From Tubulanus polymorphus (taxonomy: Eukaryota > Animalia > Nemertea): DNA of 64,000 bases. The notes under the pieces are model-generated. The model saw only the letters and a program-made list of their open reading frames with translations. It had not been told where the DNA came from and did no database searches. Of the stretch, positions 23,101-35,900 are shown piece after piece (position 1 is the stretch's first letter; each line of letters starts with the position of its first letter). The stretch is from the NCBI RefSeq assembly GCF_964204645.1, contig NC_134027.1, forward strand, positions 10,386,485 through 10,450,484, read 5' to 3'. The position numbers and the translations under genes were made by a program.

Positions 23101-24318
23101 ATTTCAAAGGTTTTATCGAACCACACGCATCTAATTTGAATACGATGTTTGGCTCAATATTTGCATGCGGTCTTGTGTTGTCGTAGATTTCTAATTCTTC
23201 TTTGTCCAAATCAAATACAGCTGAAAAATAAGGAATGGTAGGTTATGGTTTGTGTACCGGTGCCGGTATTAGATTCTTTCTTGCCAGCCTGATGCTATGA
23301 TAACGAGGAGAAAACTTCTTCTGAGAAGAAAATTATGAGAACAAAATTATCCGATATCAACATTCGTTGGGGAGGAAAGCCACCAAAGTTATTCATCATT
23401 CATTTGGGGTTGATGTTCTTTTTTCGTTTATGTTCCAAGGGGGCTGAAGCACCCTTAGCACCCCATTGGATTAGCGCCGGCAACCAACCAGTATATGCAT
23501 CATATTACCTGTGGCGATTGTCACCATAACGCCTATCTTGTCTTTTGATTCCATAGTTTGATAGATTCTGTCGTGACCCAGAAGTTCCTTCACGTTTGCT
23601 TTCGTCGTCACCGCGCTGGTGCATAAACTTGCCAGGAATTGCGTACGTTTAGCACTGTTCGGGTGAATATCACAAACATTTTTCACGGATCTAAACCTAA
23701 ACATCAGAACTCGACAAAATCATTCGACTTCACAATCGTTATTTTAACTTGAAGCTTTGCCGACTAGGATTTTTGTTCTATGTATTTTGATTGAAATACA
23801 AAATGATTTACTTGATCCGGGAAGGTAAGGGTATATCAGCAGCGACCCCTCCCTTGTCCATCGGACAAAAATCAATATGCGACATCTGATATCCGGTCAT
23901 GCCAAAAATGTTTTTTTTTTCATTCACTAATCATTACTTTAAGTTATTCTATACATTTCTGAATGAACGAACGCCTTTTATGGACAGCCCCTAACGTCCT
24001 TTAGTTTTACTACCACCAGCTAACGCGTTCGAAACGTTTTGGTCACAAAAGCACATTCTGGAATTCGCTTTTATTCGTTTTATACTCTTAGGGGGGAGTT
24101 GTATTATTTGTTAACGTGGATTAGTGTGTTTCATGTACTTACTAGCTTTAAAACATGTAATGATGAAAGGACTTACTCGTTACCGTGGAAGAAGTATCCA
24201 TACGTGTATTTCTCGCCATATTGTTCACCAGCCGTCTCTTTCTGTTTCCGAATTTCCAAATACTCATACTCGGTTTTCCGTCCGTGCTCGTCCGAATTGC
24301 GGCTGGTGTATATGTCAT
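11116..24318 (-). CDS. Uncharacterised nine-exon gene, ~384-aa Ser/Arg/Lys-rich protein with acidic tail
   Basis: Minus-strand exons 24318-24177, 21251-21001, 20338-20280, 19829-19724, 13655-13491, 13135-12999, 12499-12436, 11812-11749, 11282-11116. All are GT-AG and the phases chain 1,0,2,0,0,2,0,1 into a 1155-nt ORF (MTYTPAAIR...DAADGSQ*). The first exon is least certain and extra exons are possible. Confidence 0.72.
11362..11538. mobile_element. Non-autonomous DNA transposon with CAGGGGCGGATCCAG-type TIRs
   Basis: GGGGCGGATCCAGG / CTCTGGATCCGCCCC inverted ends. Related degenerate copies at ~50266-50497 and ~54443-54705. Confidence 0.65.
12670..12982. mobile_element. hAT-like non-autonomous element
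   Basis: CAGGGTTCATAG / CTATGAAACCCG ends with repeated internal TCAAGGA/TGAAGGA subterminal motifs. Confidence 0.45.
13861..14028. mobile_element. pogo/Tigger-like MITE
   Basis: TA-TAGTGGAACCTCGTTATAA ... TTATGAGTTTCCACTG-TA. Confidence 0.6.
15003..15203. mobile_element. hAT-like MITE (second copy at 26201-26345)
   Basis: AGGGCTGCCAAC ... GTTGGCCGCTCTG ends. Both copies share AACAAATCAAATCAG and AACAAATACTGA internally. Confidence 0.6.
15893..16206. mobile_element. piggyBac-like MITE with internal hairpin
   Basis: TTAA target duplication at 15889-15892 and 16207-16210. TIR CCCTTTCAGTGC / GCGCTGAAAGGG. Internal inverted repeat CAGGTGCTGCCATTTTTCAAGAG / CTCTTGAAAAATGGCAGCACCTG at ~16052-16113. 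Confidence 0.8.
16932..17051 (+). repeat. Tandem duplication, ~60-bp unit x2
   Basis: AAATCACGACTTTCAG..GTCATTCTTGAAATTCTACGAGACCTTTAGATTTCATAATGA repeated directly. Confidence 0.9.
17790..19686 (-). mobile_element. Helentron-associated non-autonomous element (HINE/DINE-1/Pearl-like) with internal 154-bp tandem array
   Basis: The minus-strand 5' end TTTTTAGCCCACTTGGGACTTTAGTCCCAGCGGGCTA followed by (CGTC)n is the typical subTIR/hairpin/microsatellite head. About 3.7 units of 154 bp (AACGCCCCCTGGTG at 17929, 18083, 18237). The left boundary is uncertain and may extend to ~17120. Confidence 0.75.
18870..19593. mobile_element. hAT-like non-autonomous element nested in the HINE
   Basis: TIR CAGGGATGAGAA / TTCTCATATCTG. 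CAAAAT duplicated at 18864-18869 and 19594-19599. Subterminal ATCCGCGG motifs and an internal GCGCCGAAGGCGCG...GGGGG...CCCC module. Confidence 0.65.
21499..21665 (+). mobile_element. Degenerate tRNA-derived repeat (SINE head or tRNA-containing LTR)
   Basis: GGTTCGAATTCC B-box at ~21595-21606 with a weak A-box upstream. Ends in GCTAGTAACA. Confidence 0.4.
22090..22650 (-). pseudogene. Decayed ISL2EU/PIF-Harbinger-like transposase fragment
   Basis: A stop-interrupted reading frame (TWAKIAS...KELEREKSNS) is followed by NVITDDYMPDSFRRLP and IDC...FI*RLSD, resembling the MP..F...YP....IIDCTE.FIERPS.L block of DDE_Tnp_4 transposases. Confidence 0.4.
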
Positions 24319-25739
24319 AATGGCATAGAGTTTGCTTATCCGATAGAAAAGCTACATTCAAACTAAAAATAGACGACCAGAGATCGCAATTGTTGTGATA
24401 AATCAAATAAAACTAATTCAATGATTAAGAATTCCTTTACAAAAGACCAACGTATGACGTAGTCTATTTGAGTAAGTAGAATAATTTCAAATCTAGATCT
24501 TATGTTTATTCTATCAGATACCTATTATTACGTTATTGAACCAGAAGCAATGAAAATCACGATTATCTTATGTTACCTGACTGGACTAGCTACGCCATAC
24601 CCATGATTGATAATGATTTCACGTAGGTGTATTGGACTTGTTGCTGATAAACAGGCTCGTAGCAGAACGTTCATGGCTTAAATTAGATATGGAACATCGA
24701 TATAACATTGATATAGTCTTCTACATAAAATGTCATATAATTACCGCATGTATGTTAATTTACATACGTAATCTATTTTTCAACACATATTTTCCTAATA
24801 TGTAATTGCAGCTGGTGTTCAAGCCATGGCTATTGTAGCCTAATGTCGAATGTGCAAGACTACCTAAAAGGCACAAAATTCGGCATTAAAAATGCATTGG
24901 AACTTGTTGTTTTCAATGGATGTTTAATTTGTGATTTATGAACGTATACCCGGATAGCAAAAGCAGACGAATCGCTCTCGATCAACTAACAGCCTACCAC
25001 GTGGTCGATCGTTCACGATGTCCGCGTCCAATATGTAGCAAATATTGACATCTTCTTCTACAGCGTCCTCGTTATGACCAAAACATGTCTAGAATGCATG
25101 ATTTGCCGGCAGGGAATAACATTACATCTATAGATGAGCAACATGGGGATGATTTTGATAATAGGCCTACGCAACGTAAATTCACTCCCTGTAGTAATAG
25201 CTGATGACTCCTGGACTTCATTGGTAAGGCAGTTTAGTTGAATGACAAATTCATTTTACGAACAAATTTAATTCCGCTCGTTTTATTAAAAGAGAAATGT
25301 TACACTTAAAACTATTACAACATCATACATGAATATCAAATTTGTTCATTTACTTCGACCTTCGTTATCAACGGAAATCGCTCAGAGGCCCTTCTGAGCA
25401 TCAGATTTGCAAAATGACACGTTGGCTTACGGGTGCTTCGTGAATACGGTCCCAGGCCCCTCAGTCCTTACCGAATTAAGAACGAACCCACCCTCGCGCT
25501 ACGAGCTTGTGTGAGTCCAATGAATCGCGTTGAATTTGAAACCTACCGCTTTTTCCGTATTGACGAAGACGTCCGTACATCTTAAAGATGCTGATTTCTC
25601 GACCAGAAGTAGTTGAAATTCGTAAAGACTGCATATGAATATCTACACACACAAGGACAATAGATATGTTAAATCCTAGTTTCTTTGACTAATCATAACC
25701 TTTGTTTAAGTTATGAGTAGGCACTACAGGTGTAAAAAG

Positions 25740-25832
25740 CAGGGACCAGTTGCTCAAAAGTTGGTTGAAGATAACCAATAAATGAATACCAAAGTAACTT
25801 TTAAATGTCACTCTTTTGAGCAACTGGCCAGG
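25740..25832. mobile_element. Palindromic Harbinger-like MITE (related copies 36930-37043, 44140-44273)
   Basis: CAG-GG.CCAGTT ... AACTGG.CC-CAG ends; the 36930 and 44140 copies have clear CAG flanks and palindromic bodies. Confidence 0.6.
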
Positions 25833-26384
25833 CCCTCATCTTCACTATAATTTCAAAGAAAGCCAACAGTGTCATATCAAGTATCAGTTGGCGATAAGAT
25901 TGCCCGCCCTTTCACCTGAAGCTTTTGTAACGAGGTCTTCCTTATACGAAACTTTGTAGCTAAATGCAATGGCAGAATATCATTTAATTATTCTACATAG
26001 CCACACGATCCAACTAAAAGAACAGAGCTCAAATAAATGAATTTATACATAACCTTTTGAAATGACGTCCCTGAGCCGTCTGCAATACCTTGCATTTCTT
26101 CAACATACTGAGGGTACTCTTCAGCCACAACACTCAAATACCCGTCGTACAACTTGAGAGAAAGCATTTCATATTACGAAAAAGTAATTTAATTTAGATA
26201 CAGGGCTGCCAACCTCTGAAAGATTTGTGACATATTGATATTGAAATCAGTAACGAATTGAATTTTATTTCTGTATGCATTAAACAAATCAAATCAGTAT
26301 TTCTCGATATAACAAATACTGAAAATCAGAAACAGTTGGCAGAGGCACCATAATATGTCCTCATTTTCGCTAAGTAGAAAGTAA

Positions 26385-26449
26385 AAAGTTAAGTCAAGTT
26401 CCTTCAAAGTTAAGTCAAGTTCCTGCCAAAAGTAAAGTCAAGTTCCTTC
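26385..26449 (+). repeat. Minisatellite AAAGTTAAGTCAAGTTCC x3
   Basis: Directly visible direct repeats. Confidence 0.85.
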
Positions 26450-26660
26450 AGGAGTGTTGTATCATCTCTGATTACTTGAATTAGTCTCTTTGTCTCTGGA
26501 TTGTATATATATCTCATAATTTTTGTAGTATCTCATTATTCCTGAAAATGACTATGAGGATATAGTCGAAACGTTGAAATAAACTACTATCTCGAAGTTA
26601 CATTTTCGGACTTATTCGTTATAATTGTGGGATTCTCTCTACATCGCGTCAACACGGATA
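26450..26660 (+). mobile_element. Penelope-like terminal fragment with degenerate hammerhead core (second copy inverted at ~38040-38080)
   Basis: CTGAAAA-T-GACTAT-GAGGAT-ATAGTC-GAAACG followed by AATAAA, a pattern typical of Penelope-like pseudo-LTRs. Confidence 0.45.
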
Positions 26661-28920
26661 TACGTTTTGCGATTGATATTTCGTTTTGACATCTCGATCT
26701 TCGTTTTCCTTGCTACGTTTTGTATTATGTACTTTTGTAGTATGTATTAAAACTAACGAATTAGACGCACCTGTTTGTATTCGGAATCAGCATTTATTTT
26801 CGAAACAGCCTTGTCAAATAGTTCTTTTTTAAGCGCACTGTGAATCAATTCCTTTGTCTTTATTCCCTGGAAATCCGCAAGTATAAATCGCATTATCTCT
26901 TTCCAGAAATCAAATGATAAATCGAGAAAAACGATTGAAGAAAATAACACGGTATTTTTCAGGTTGGTACAGAAAAATTTGCTCGATATATCGACATGGT
27001 ATCTCATTTAAGGGCAAAATTATGATCTCAAAATGAAACGTTTTATGCATTATGAAAGGGCGAATGCAGATGATGATATCTTATGCTTTACACAAAAACT
27101 GACCTCCGAAATGATTATATGATTGCCAAGCCGAGGCCCTAGACGTATTGGACTCGCCATCTTTTAGATCGTATAAAAATAATATAGGTGGGTGAGAGGT
27201 AGGGTACCAAACAAAACATCACGCGCAGGCCTAATTTGCCAAAAAACTTGTGATCGTGGCTATTATTTGTACTTTGTCCTTCCAGAAGGAATAGATATTT
27301 TTGTTGATATTTATAGGTATAATATGAATATATTGTCCCAAATGTCGAACAGTTTAACATAAATCCCATGAAACTCAAATTTGATTGGAAGCAGGATTAG
27401 GATATCCCCATTTGAAAAGAAGCTTAACAATGTTCTTGGTATTCATTGCATTATTAAAAAGATATTTGCTCTTATGATATCGTTTGCAGGCATTAGAAAA
27501 GAAATAAACCTTATCAATCAAACGACTTCAATCTGCAAGCTGCAATCTTATTTATATTGAATATTAAAACAAACGTTTATGGTACATGTTGATAAAAAAA
27601 ACAAATATTGAATACAAAAATAACTACCAGCAAATGTAAGAATCTCTTTACGCGGATGATACTGAAATATAGCTGCCGATAGTGAAAACATCGAAATTAC
27701 GACAATTATTGAAATGAAACGAATCTGCACGAATCAACCAAATGAATCCGAAAATAAAAAAGTATAATTTTGATTATTCGCTACGATCATGATCAGCTAC
27801 ACAGAATAAAGCCTAGGTAAAAATTGGCTTAATTAAAATCGAATAAAACAGTTACCGGGCAATATATTCCTTACTCACAGCTATCGCTTAATTTAACACT
27901 AACCGCGACCCCCAAATTGCGAAGCACTGAATAAAGAAGTATGGTAGATAATTCACCCACAATGTATTATTTCTAATGTGCATATGGGAGCGCTTGAACT
28001 ACAAAACAAGGTAAAACATCGAATCTTTTTAGAAAAAAATCCTCTTTCGACGAGCAGAAACAAAGAATTTCTTGTTTTGGGGCCCTACCAGAATGGACCC
28101 CTCCAACACCGTTAAGATTTACTTTCGTTATGACGCCAGCCACCATCATAAGGAAATAACGTTGCTACTAAAGTGACCACTTACGATTTGATATCCCACT
28201 TCATAATGCGTCCCAGAAGCTTTTATAATGGGTAACGATCTCGGAGAAGACATGATGACTGTTAGCTGTCCACAGGCGTCAATGACATTCAGTAGGTCGA
28301 CTCTCAATTCAATGAATTTTTTTCACAAACGTTCCATTCGTAATAATATCAGTCGGTTTAAATGCCAAGGTCGATCCTGGCCGGACGAAGATGGAGGGGT
28401 TCACCTCATATGAAGAGGGTACTTTTTTAGTCTGCAGGCGCGAAGTGCCCGCAGGGGGTCTGGGGATTGGGAAAATTCAGGTACATTTTTATGCAATTTT
28501 AGAGCACATTATATCATAATCAGTACAGGAGATAAGAAGCCTATACCAAGTGAATTTTCTGAACGGCACTTGGTCAGGAAGGAGTAAGGGTGCGAACCAC
28601 CGCCATAGATGCCTGTCATTAGCGTGAATTGAATTGACAGATATATTTTCATTTCCTCAAATTTACTAACAGTCTAATTTTGTCTATTTGAGAGGAATAC
28701 GTAGATCATCTCAGCTTTACGTGAATTAATGTTTGATTATGATAATAATGGTGAGCCATTTATTCACTTAAGTGGTATAACATCTGTAAATATGATTTAG
28801 AAATAACCCCAGTAAGCATGCTCTTTTGTTCGGGCGGTTTATGTCCGTATACATCGTGAAGTACGCGAGAATGGAGCGTGGCATTCTCCTCTACTACTGA
28901 ACACGACCATGGATCCAGTG

Positions 28921-30097
28921 AGTATGGTGGCTGATTCGGGCCACAACGTTAAATACCTCATATGCAAATGATGGAGCCAGACCGCCAGAATGCCAAAACG
29001 TCGAATTTTCTTTTAAAAGTCCATTTTAGCGCTCCGTAGGAATCTTAAATCGATTTTGGCGCACCAAAACGGTTTTGGCGTCCCGTCGAAACAATCATTC
29101 AGCCACAGTCAATCATTTTTATCTAAATCGCCTTGCTATCTGTTTGCATTGGCTGTGTTCGTTTTCGCCTGAAATGTTCGTTTCGCTTTATCGACAACGA
29201 CCGTACGACATCTGTCGTAAATTGACGCGCGCCGACTGGTCGTAAAATAATATCGTGATCAAGTGAGATGACGATCTTGACATTACTTGACTAATGTCCA
29301 CTTGCGTGAATTATCTTAAACATGTATTTTCAATGTAATATATGTAGATAAAAAAGGTATTGCGTGAATAATTGGACTCTGTGAAATCAGTGCGTCGTTA
29401 CAGGCAAACTTTAACCATGGACTCTAGAGTCCATGCTTTAACCAAGGTTTATCCGTCTTGTTGGTCAAAATCTCTCTCAAAGACCCTCTTAATCGCAAAG
29501 CAATTTGAAATCAATTCTTCCCTATCAAAGGCATTGGCTATTGGAAGTTGGATATCTCTAGGTGGCGTGTGTATAATAGCGCTGAGAACCATTTGGTAGA
29601 TCTTTATTTTAAGTTCTTCAAATAATCTCTAGGCTTCTATCTGCACTCGGATCATCTGAAGTTAAACGTCTGAACTGAATTTTGCCAGTTTAACATCATC
29701 ATTTCGTTCTCTTAGCAAGAGCTAGGGCTATTTCGTTTTTAGCAAGCTGCGTTTCTTTATTTCATATACACTATATCGCTTTGATTGTACTCATAGGAGT
29801 ATGGATACGGTATTTCTTTTTAATTCGTATTTTGAGTGTTAGAATATGATATCATATTATATGATTTCATGTGTGTTTACTACGGTGGCTGACTACTACC
29901 ACAAACCAATTCTGTACGGTTGGAGGCACGATAAACATTTTTTTTACAATGGCCCATTATTTGTTTCCCCGCGCGAGAATTCAAAACTTTTTCAATTCTC
30001 GCGCGAGAAAACAAAAAGGGCCTTCGTAAAATTTTCCATCGTACCTCTGTCGTAGAGAAAATATTTTTCATTTATGGCCTGAATCAGCCGCCATAGT
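28921..30097. mobile_element. Candidate ~1.2-kb TIR element
   Basis: AGTATGGTGGCTGATTCGGGCCA (28921) is the inverted counterpart of TGGCCTGAATCAGCCGCCATAGT (30075-30097). A third related end TACGGTGGCTGA is at 29881. Confidence 0.45.
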
Positions 30098-31374
30098 TTA
30101 CGCCTAGTGATTGAGGAAAATACATGTGATCCAAATACGTAGCTCCCACTCACTAATGTATCGGATGTTACCCAGAAACATTTCTAGCAAGCAGGACGAC
30201 ACCACAGACAAAGCCGTCGTATCTATTTGATTTTTTACCCTGTGGCGTATTCCTTCATTTTTTTGTTGTGTTACAGCAAAACGGCATATCGGTGGCGCAA
30301 TTTCGCAGTCAGCCTTTCAATAGCCAGATGAAGGAAAACGTCGCGCACTAAATCCACCGCCATCAAAAGATATACGATGGCTTGTGATTATCCCGTGTGG
30401 GAAGAGAACCAATTTCTAGTACATTTCCTCGCAAAATTACGCCGATGATCGCTACTTGAAAATGCACGTTGACTGCTTTAACTGCCGACAACCCGCGCAA
30501 TTGATATCTGGAAAATTAACAACTATTAAGGCCATCCTTTTAGATAGCGAGTAGGGCTACATTACGCTGTAAGACTTGACATTTTACTTAGGAGCGAGTG
30601 AGCTTCCTTTGAATTTCCGGCACTCGGGATACGACGTTCTTTGACGGCTTTTACTCGTTCGATTTTTGCCCGCTTTCGATAAAACCTGAAAGAAAATACA
30701 GGCCACGCGTCTTATCTGTTGCGAAATTAAAAGCTATTTTGGCTGAGTGCAGGATGCCGAGATTTTAGAAAGTTCCGAGGAGAAATACGGAATGTGCCGT
30801 CTTGACACTGAAGTTGCGCAACGGGCTTTGTACTCGTGGACGACTTCATTTATCTCGTCGGAAATATTTCTTTTTGTATGGGATTATATAAGGCCAACTA
30901 TTGAAACCGAGTAGGCAGTTAGCTACGCGCTGTAAATACGTACGTCGATGCATCGATGAAAACGAATAACGTTTTAATTGATAAAAGAAACAACGTCGGA
31001 CACAGAAAACATGGAACAACGTGTTTCCATTCTAATTAGAATACTGTAACTCGAAGAACGCCTGGCGCGTTTAAGCTTATTTAATGTCGTTTGATTAGTA
31101 GCGGAGCACGGCTCTATCAAACACCATGAAAGCATCAGCGAACTGCATTTAAAAACTATACTTCACATATTTTCGGCTTTAGGGCTTCGTTGTTAAGAAG
31201 AATTACACTTCATGTAAATTAAACTACACCATCTCCTTCCTGTACAACGGAGAAAGAAGCGGCTTCTATGCACTCGTTGTCACCCTGTATAAGCGAAGCG
31301 AAGATATGAAACAGAAATTATGATGGCGCTTTAATTGATCTTAATCATCAAAGAAATTTTTTGATCGATTAGAT

Positions 31375-31790
31375 TTTTTTTACGCCGTAAAAACCGTTGC
31401 AATAATATCAATAACATTGATCCCTTTTGTGTTGGGGGTTCTACGTCATCAATATTGGCGTTTCAAAGTAACGACAATTGTGAATTGTGGCATCTATTTT
31501 GTAATCAAATTAATTTCATAACTCGTATTCTACTTTTGATGAATCTTTTAAGAGGATGACGTACACTACGTCATCATTTTAGATCGGGGCTAGACTGGTT
31601 GCCGGTCGGTTCAATTCAATTATCGATATATTAAAATCGAAAAATAACTTCATTGATCCTTGATGATATACAATTCATATCATATTATTCATGTCGGCAA
31701 TATTACGCAATATATGTGTTATTCTTCAAGGCTTCAATACAGTTTCAAGTTTTCGTTTTTCTAAATCATGCTTTATGCTGGTGTACATCT
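31375..31790 (+). repeat. Dispersed repeat family with paired CTACGTCATC motifs (copies ~32320-32510, ~38335-38662 inverted, ~63291-63620)
   Basis: Shared blocks CTACGTCATCAATATTGGCGTTTCAAA and TCGGGGCTAGACTGGTTGCCGGTC..AATTCAAT..TCGATATATT. Confidence 0.8.
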
Positions 31791-32736
31791 TAGCTTAGTA
31801 TGTTCACTGGTTACACATGCGGGGTAAGTTCAATTGTGATCATATGATCGAAAAAACGGAGAACGGGACAATACGTCACGGGCTATTCTTCCTCCGCTCT
31901 TACTCCACCGCAATAAATCACTTCTGGAATAATTATTCTGGAACATATTCGCTACGGGAAAAAAAGATCATCGTTGCGGAACCATTTGAGAAGCAATAAA
32001 CTTTCAAAAGTAAATTATCCAATTAATACAAACAATCTGCACCAATCGATCACCATGGAGACCGCTTCCTAAACCGCAATGACCAATTGATACATCAGGA
32101 AACAATAACATTATAATAGTCATCAGACTGAATCATAAACCAGGCCCTTTGATAGTCGCTAGACATGCATTGTTATCTCAATTAGAGTCACTGTCGTCGA
32201 AAACTACTACTCACTACTAACGTTATAGTATACCGGATAGTGTCGAGTGTATTTTCAGCGTTGAAAAAGAGAAAATATTGGTAAAATGTCAACAAAGAAA
32301 AATGATATTCGTGGTTATATGTGCACTACGTCATCGATATTGGTGTTAAATTAGCAATTATAATTGAGAATTTTTGAGTTTATTTTGTATTTAAGTATAT
32401 TTAATTACTCTTTTTTTAATGAATTTTGGTAATTATTTTGAGAGGATCTGCACTACGTCATCAATATAACGGGTCAATTCAATTCAATTATCGATATATT
32501 GTATCGGAAATATGTATAACCTCTAGATATTCACGCAGCTGTTTTAGTTACCGTTCATTTGAATACCGTAAAGCTCTATTTGACCTAATGAAAAATTGAA
32601 ATCCAATTTTTTGCCATTTTCGATTTACGCTAAAGAACATTATCATATCGTGCTGAACATGCTTGTCTTTCATAGAAGAGAATGTGCAAGAATCTGCGGT
32701 CCAAAACCAAAAGCACAAATTACAGTTGCTTGCCAT

Positions 32737-32961
32737 ATTCATTCATTCATTCATTCATTCATTCATTCATTCATTCATTCATTCATCCGTCCGTCCGTCC
32801 GTCCGTCCGTCCGTCCGTCCGTCCATCCATCCATCCATCCATCCATCCATCCATCCATCCATTCATTATTCATTCATTCATTCATTCATTCATTCATTCA
32901 TTCATTCATTCATTATTCATTCATTCATTCATTCATTCATTCATTCATTCATTCATTCATT
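32737..32961 (+). repeat. Compound tetranucleotide microsatellite (ATTC)n(GTCC)n(ATCC)n(ATTC)n
   Basis: Directly visible; it produces the spurious HSFI/SVRP ORFs. Confidence 0.97.
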
Positions 32962-35900
32962 TCTCTTTTCTTATTTTCTCATCGAATTTAAGCGATTCAT
33001 ATTCATTTATCACTAAGCGTATGAAAAATGATCTCTGAACTGGAGTTGCAAATATTCTACACGATTGGTCGTGGATCCGATCATGGACATTTGATCATCG
33101 TGGACATGGTAACTTGCATCAATGTGAATTTTCTTGTATTATTGTATTATTCTATGTACAAATTTTAAACACCATCTTTTTCTGTGTAGAAATTCAAAGT
33201 TATCCACATTCGTGTAAGATTTTGTGATGAATGAATATTGAATGAATTGAATTATAAACTAGTCCATAGGTCCATCCGAAAATTTGTCTCGTTATTCGAA
33301 TTAGAATATGAAAAATGTAAAATACATAACAGTCTTTTGAAGAAAAATTGAGAATTATGATGATAAAAGGAAAGCTATAGATAATGACGGAGGATATTTT
33401 GCTATAGGAACAAAAACGTGATCTCAGAGAGCGACGTACTATTCGATATCATTTGAGCTCGTATTTTTTTTCATTCGTCCATCTATCATCGTAAAACCGG
33501 GGCCATTAAGGAAACTTACACACATGACGACTTCCGTAACGAAGTCATGACGTCAATGTCGAAGAAATCCGGACTCTCGTATTAAAAAGCTTCCTCCGGG
33601 AAGTACATTACGACGAGTGAAAAGGCTCTCAATATTTTTACATCCGCAGCCGCGCATGGGACACAATATTAACGACGGAGTTGTATAATACGAAACATGA
33701 GCAATAACGTATTTATGCATCGATCACGTCATTAAAGCAGTTCGTCGTCGTCGTCGTTTCGGCGTAAAACTCAATCTGAAACGTTTTTGTTATAGAGTCG
33801 TGCGTTTTCTGTAAAATGCATTAGGCCTTGTCATAAGAGCCTTTAAGCATATCAACGTCTAATGGTAACGGTGAATTAATGACGTTTCGGACGTCAAAAT
33901 ATCAACGCGTGCGCGTTTTACGTTAACGTTAATCATATAGCCTCGATATTGATAATGATATATATTCATATTCTCCACGTTTGAGTGTGGTTATTCTACA
34001 ATCGAGGCTCTGTATATACATATCGTATTTACATATTTCATTAATCAATGTTGACCACATGTTCTTCTTGAATGTATATATTGGTATAAAGTTAGTGTTG
34101 CTTTAAAAAGAACATGTGCTGAACATGGATTAATAAGATATATCGATACGATATCCTCCATAGTAAAATAACCACACTCAAACGTGGTCTTTTTGAATGC
34201 GTATATAAAGTAAGTGTTCAAAAAGAACATGTGGTCAACATGTATACATAAAATCGCCTTCGGCTTACGTGTAATATGGTACGCGGATGCGCGCACGTAG
34301 TAAGTCTGCCATGGTTTCTGATGTTTGTTCTTGCGCAATGATATACGTATAGAACCGCTGCGGATCAAATGTCGGAAGCCGAGGCCGTTACTGGACCGGC
34401 GTCTTCCTCCATTTCCTTCCTGCACCATTTCCAGTCGGTGCAACGACCGAACAACGACTGTGCGCCACCAATGCGTCGCCAGATTTCACGCACCATGACT
34501 CCGGGCACCACGTTTCAGCCTTATAAACACCTATATCCGACGCCCCAAGATTCAATATGGAAAAACCTAGTTTATCCTGCTTATGTCCTGTTGATGGGTA
34601 ACCGTTTTCTAGATTTAATTGTTCATAATTGAAAAGCTAAGCACTCCAGGTATTACCTGGCAACTATCGGCTGCATTTAATGGCCAGGATAAATTGAATA
34701 AAGGCTTAGTAATGTCCCGTGTGGCTACTCCGTATAGCGTCTTCATCGACGTCGCCGGATCCTTGAAAAACTGCTACCGGAGTTTGCCGATGTTATCGCG
34801 ATTCAAGCCGAGCCAGAACCGGGAATTAATCAATGATTTGTACGACACTATCTCGCGTAATCTCGTTTTACGCGAGAAATGCGCGGTTCGCGAAACAATA
34901 CAGGATTGGATGGTTTCCGTGCGGAAAATTTATATTTGTTAGCGATAAAGACGAGTGAATGACTTCATGAATTTCTTGCCAAGATTTCTATTAAGATTAC
35001 CCGTCTTGATAGCACGCTAAACGTCTGCTTGATATAATAAGATCACGAGGTCGACACGCAGGGGGCGCCATAGGATGCATTAGTTATCCAAAGCGTATTA
35101 GCACATTAATGGAAACATGAAATATCGCCGTAATATTTCACATCGAAGTGAAAGCCTATAATGAAATTTGAAATGATTCACCGCGCGACATGGAAAAGCG
35201 CAGACCTATAAAACTAAAAACGCTAGATAGCAAGGGCGGATTTAACGGGGTGTACCGGGTAGACTGGCCAACCACTTCAAAATTCGAATGTTCCTCCCAA
35301 AAAGTTAAATTAAGATAAGCCGAAAAATAAATCCAAATGGATTCTGATAGCTGCCAGCAAAGCTTCTTTTTGTCCTTATGTTTGTGGGCGAAACAATAAA
35401 ACTTTACGAATGTTCGCGCTTGTAGCCTTTTTCAAATTAAGTGCCCATTCCAATTTTGAGGTCCATTCCATCAAAAACGTTGAAGTAAGGTGAACTTACA
35501 GATTAATCATATCATAGATTTTATAAAACACCAAAGGCGTACGTAAGTTTTATGTGTAGGTGTTTATTTTTACGAAGGTGCGCACAGGTCAAGCTCAACA
35601 CGTGCAGAATACCCTCCGTCTATGGTTAAGCCAAACTATAATGAGTATCACCCACCCGACAGTGATGAAAAAAAACTAGATATCTTATTGTTCCTAATTT
35701 GACAGCGGACGCCGGAAAATGTTTTTCTTGTCATTGTTTCGTTTTGAGTCGATTACATGTTTTGTGTCGCGGACCTTTCTTAAGACTGACCACCTATGAG
35801 GCGCTGCTGGGCTCTTGGTTCATTAAAACGATCTGGGAGCAATACGAGAAAAACGATACAGCCCCGACGGTAGATTCCTGCCAGCAAATCGCCGGAATAA

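Noticed and set aside
23335-23420. WGG..P...IIHLG resembling an SGNH-esterase fragment of a retroelement
   Set aside because: Too short, lacks the following G.ND motif, and no supporting flanks.
32596-33038. Three overlapping ORFs of 117-131 aa
   Set aside because: Translations of the tetranucleotide microsatellite ([12 protein letters not shown] repeats).
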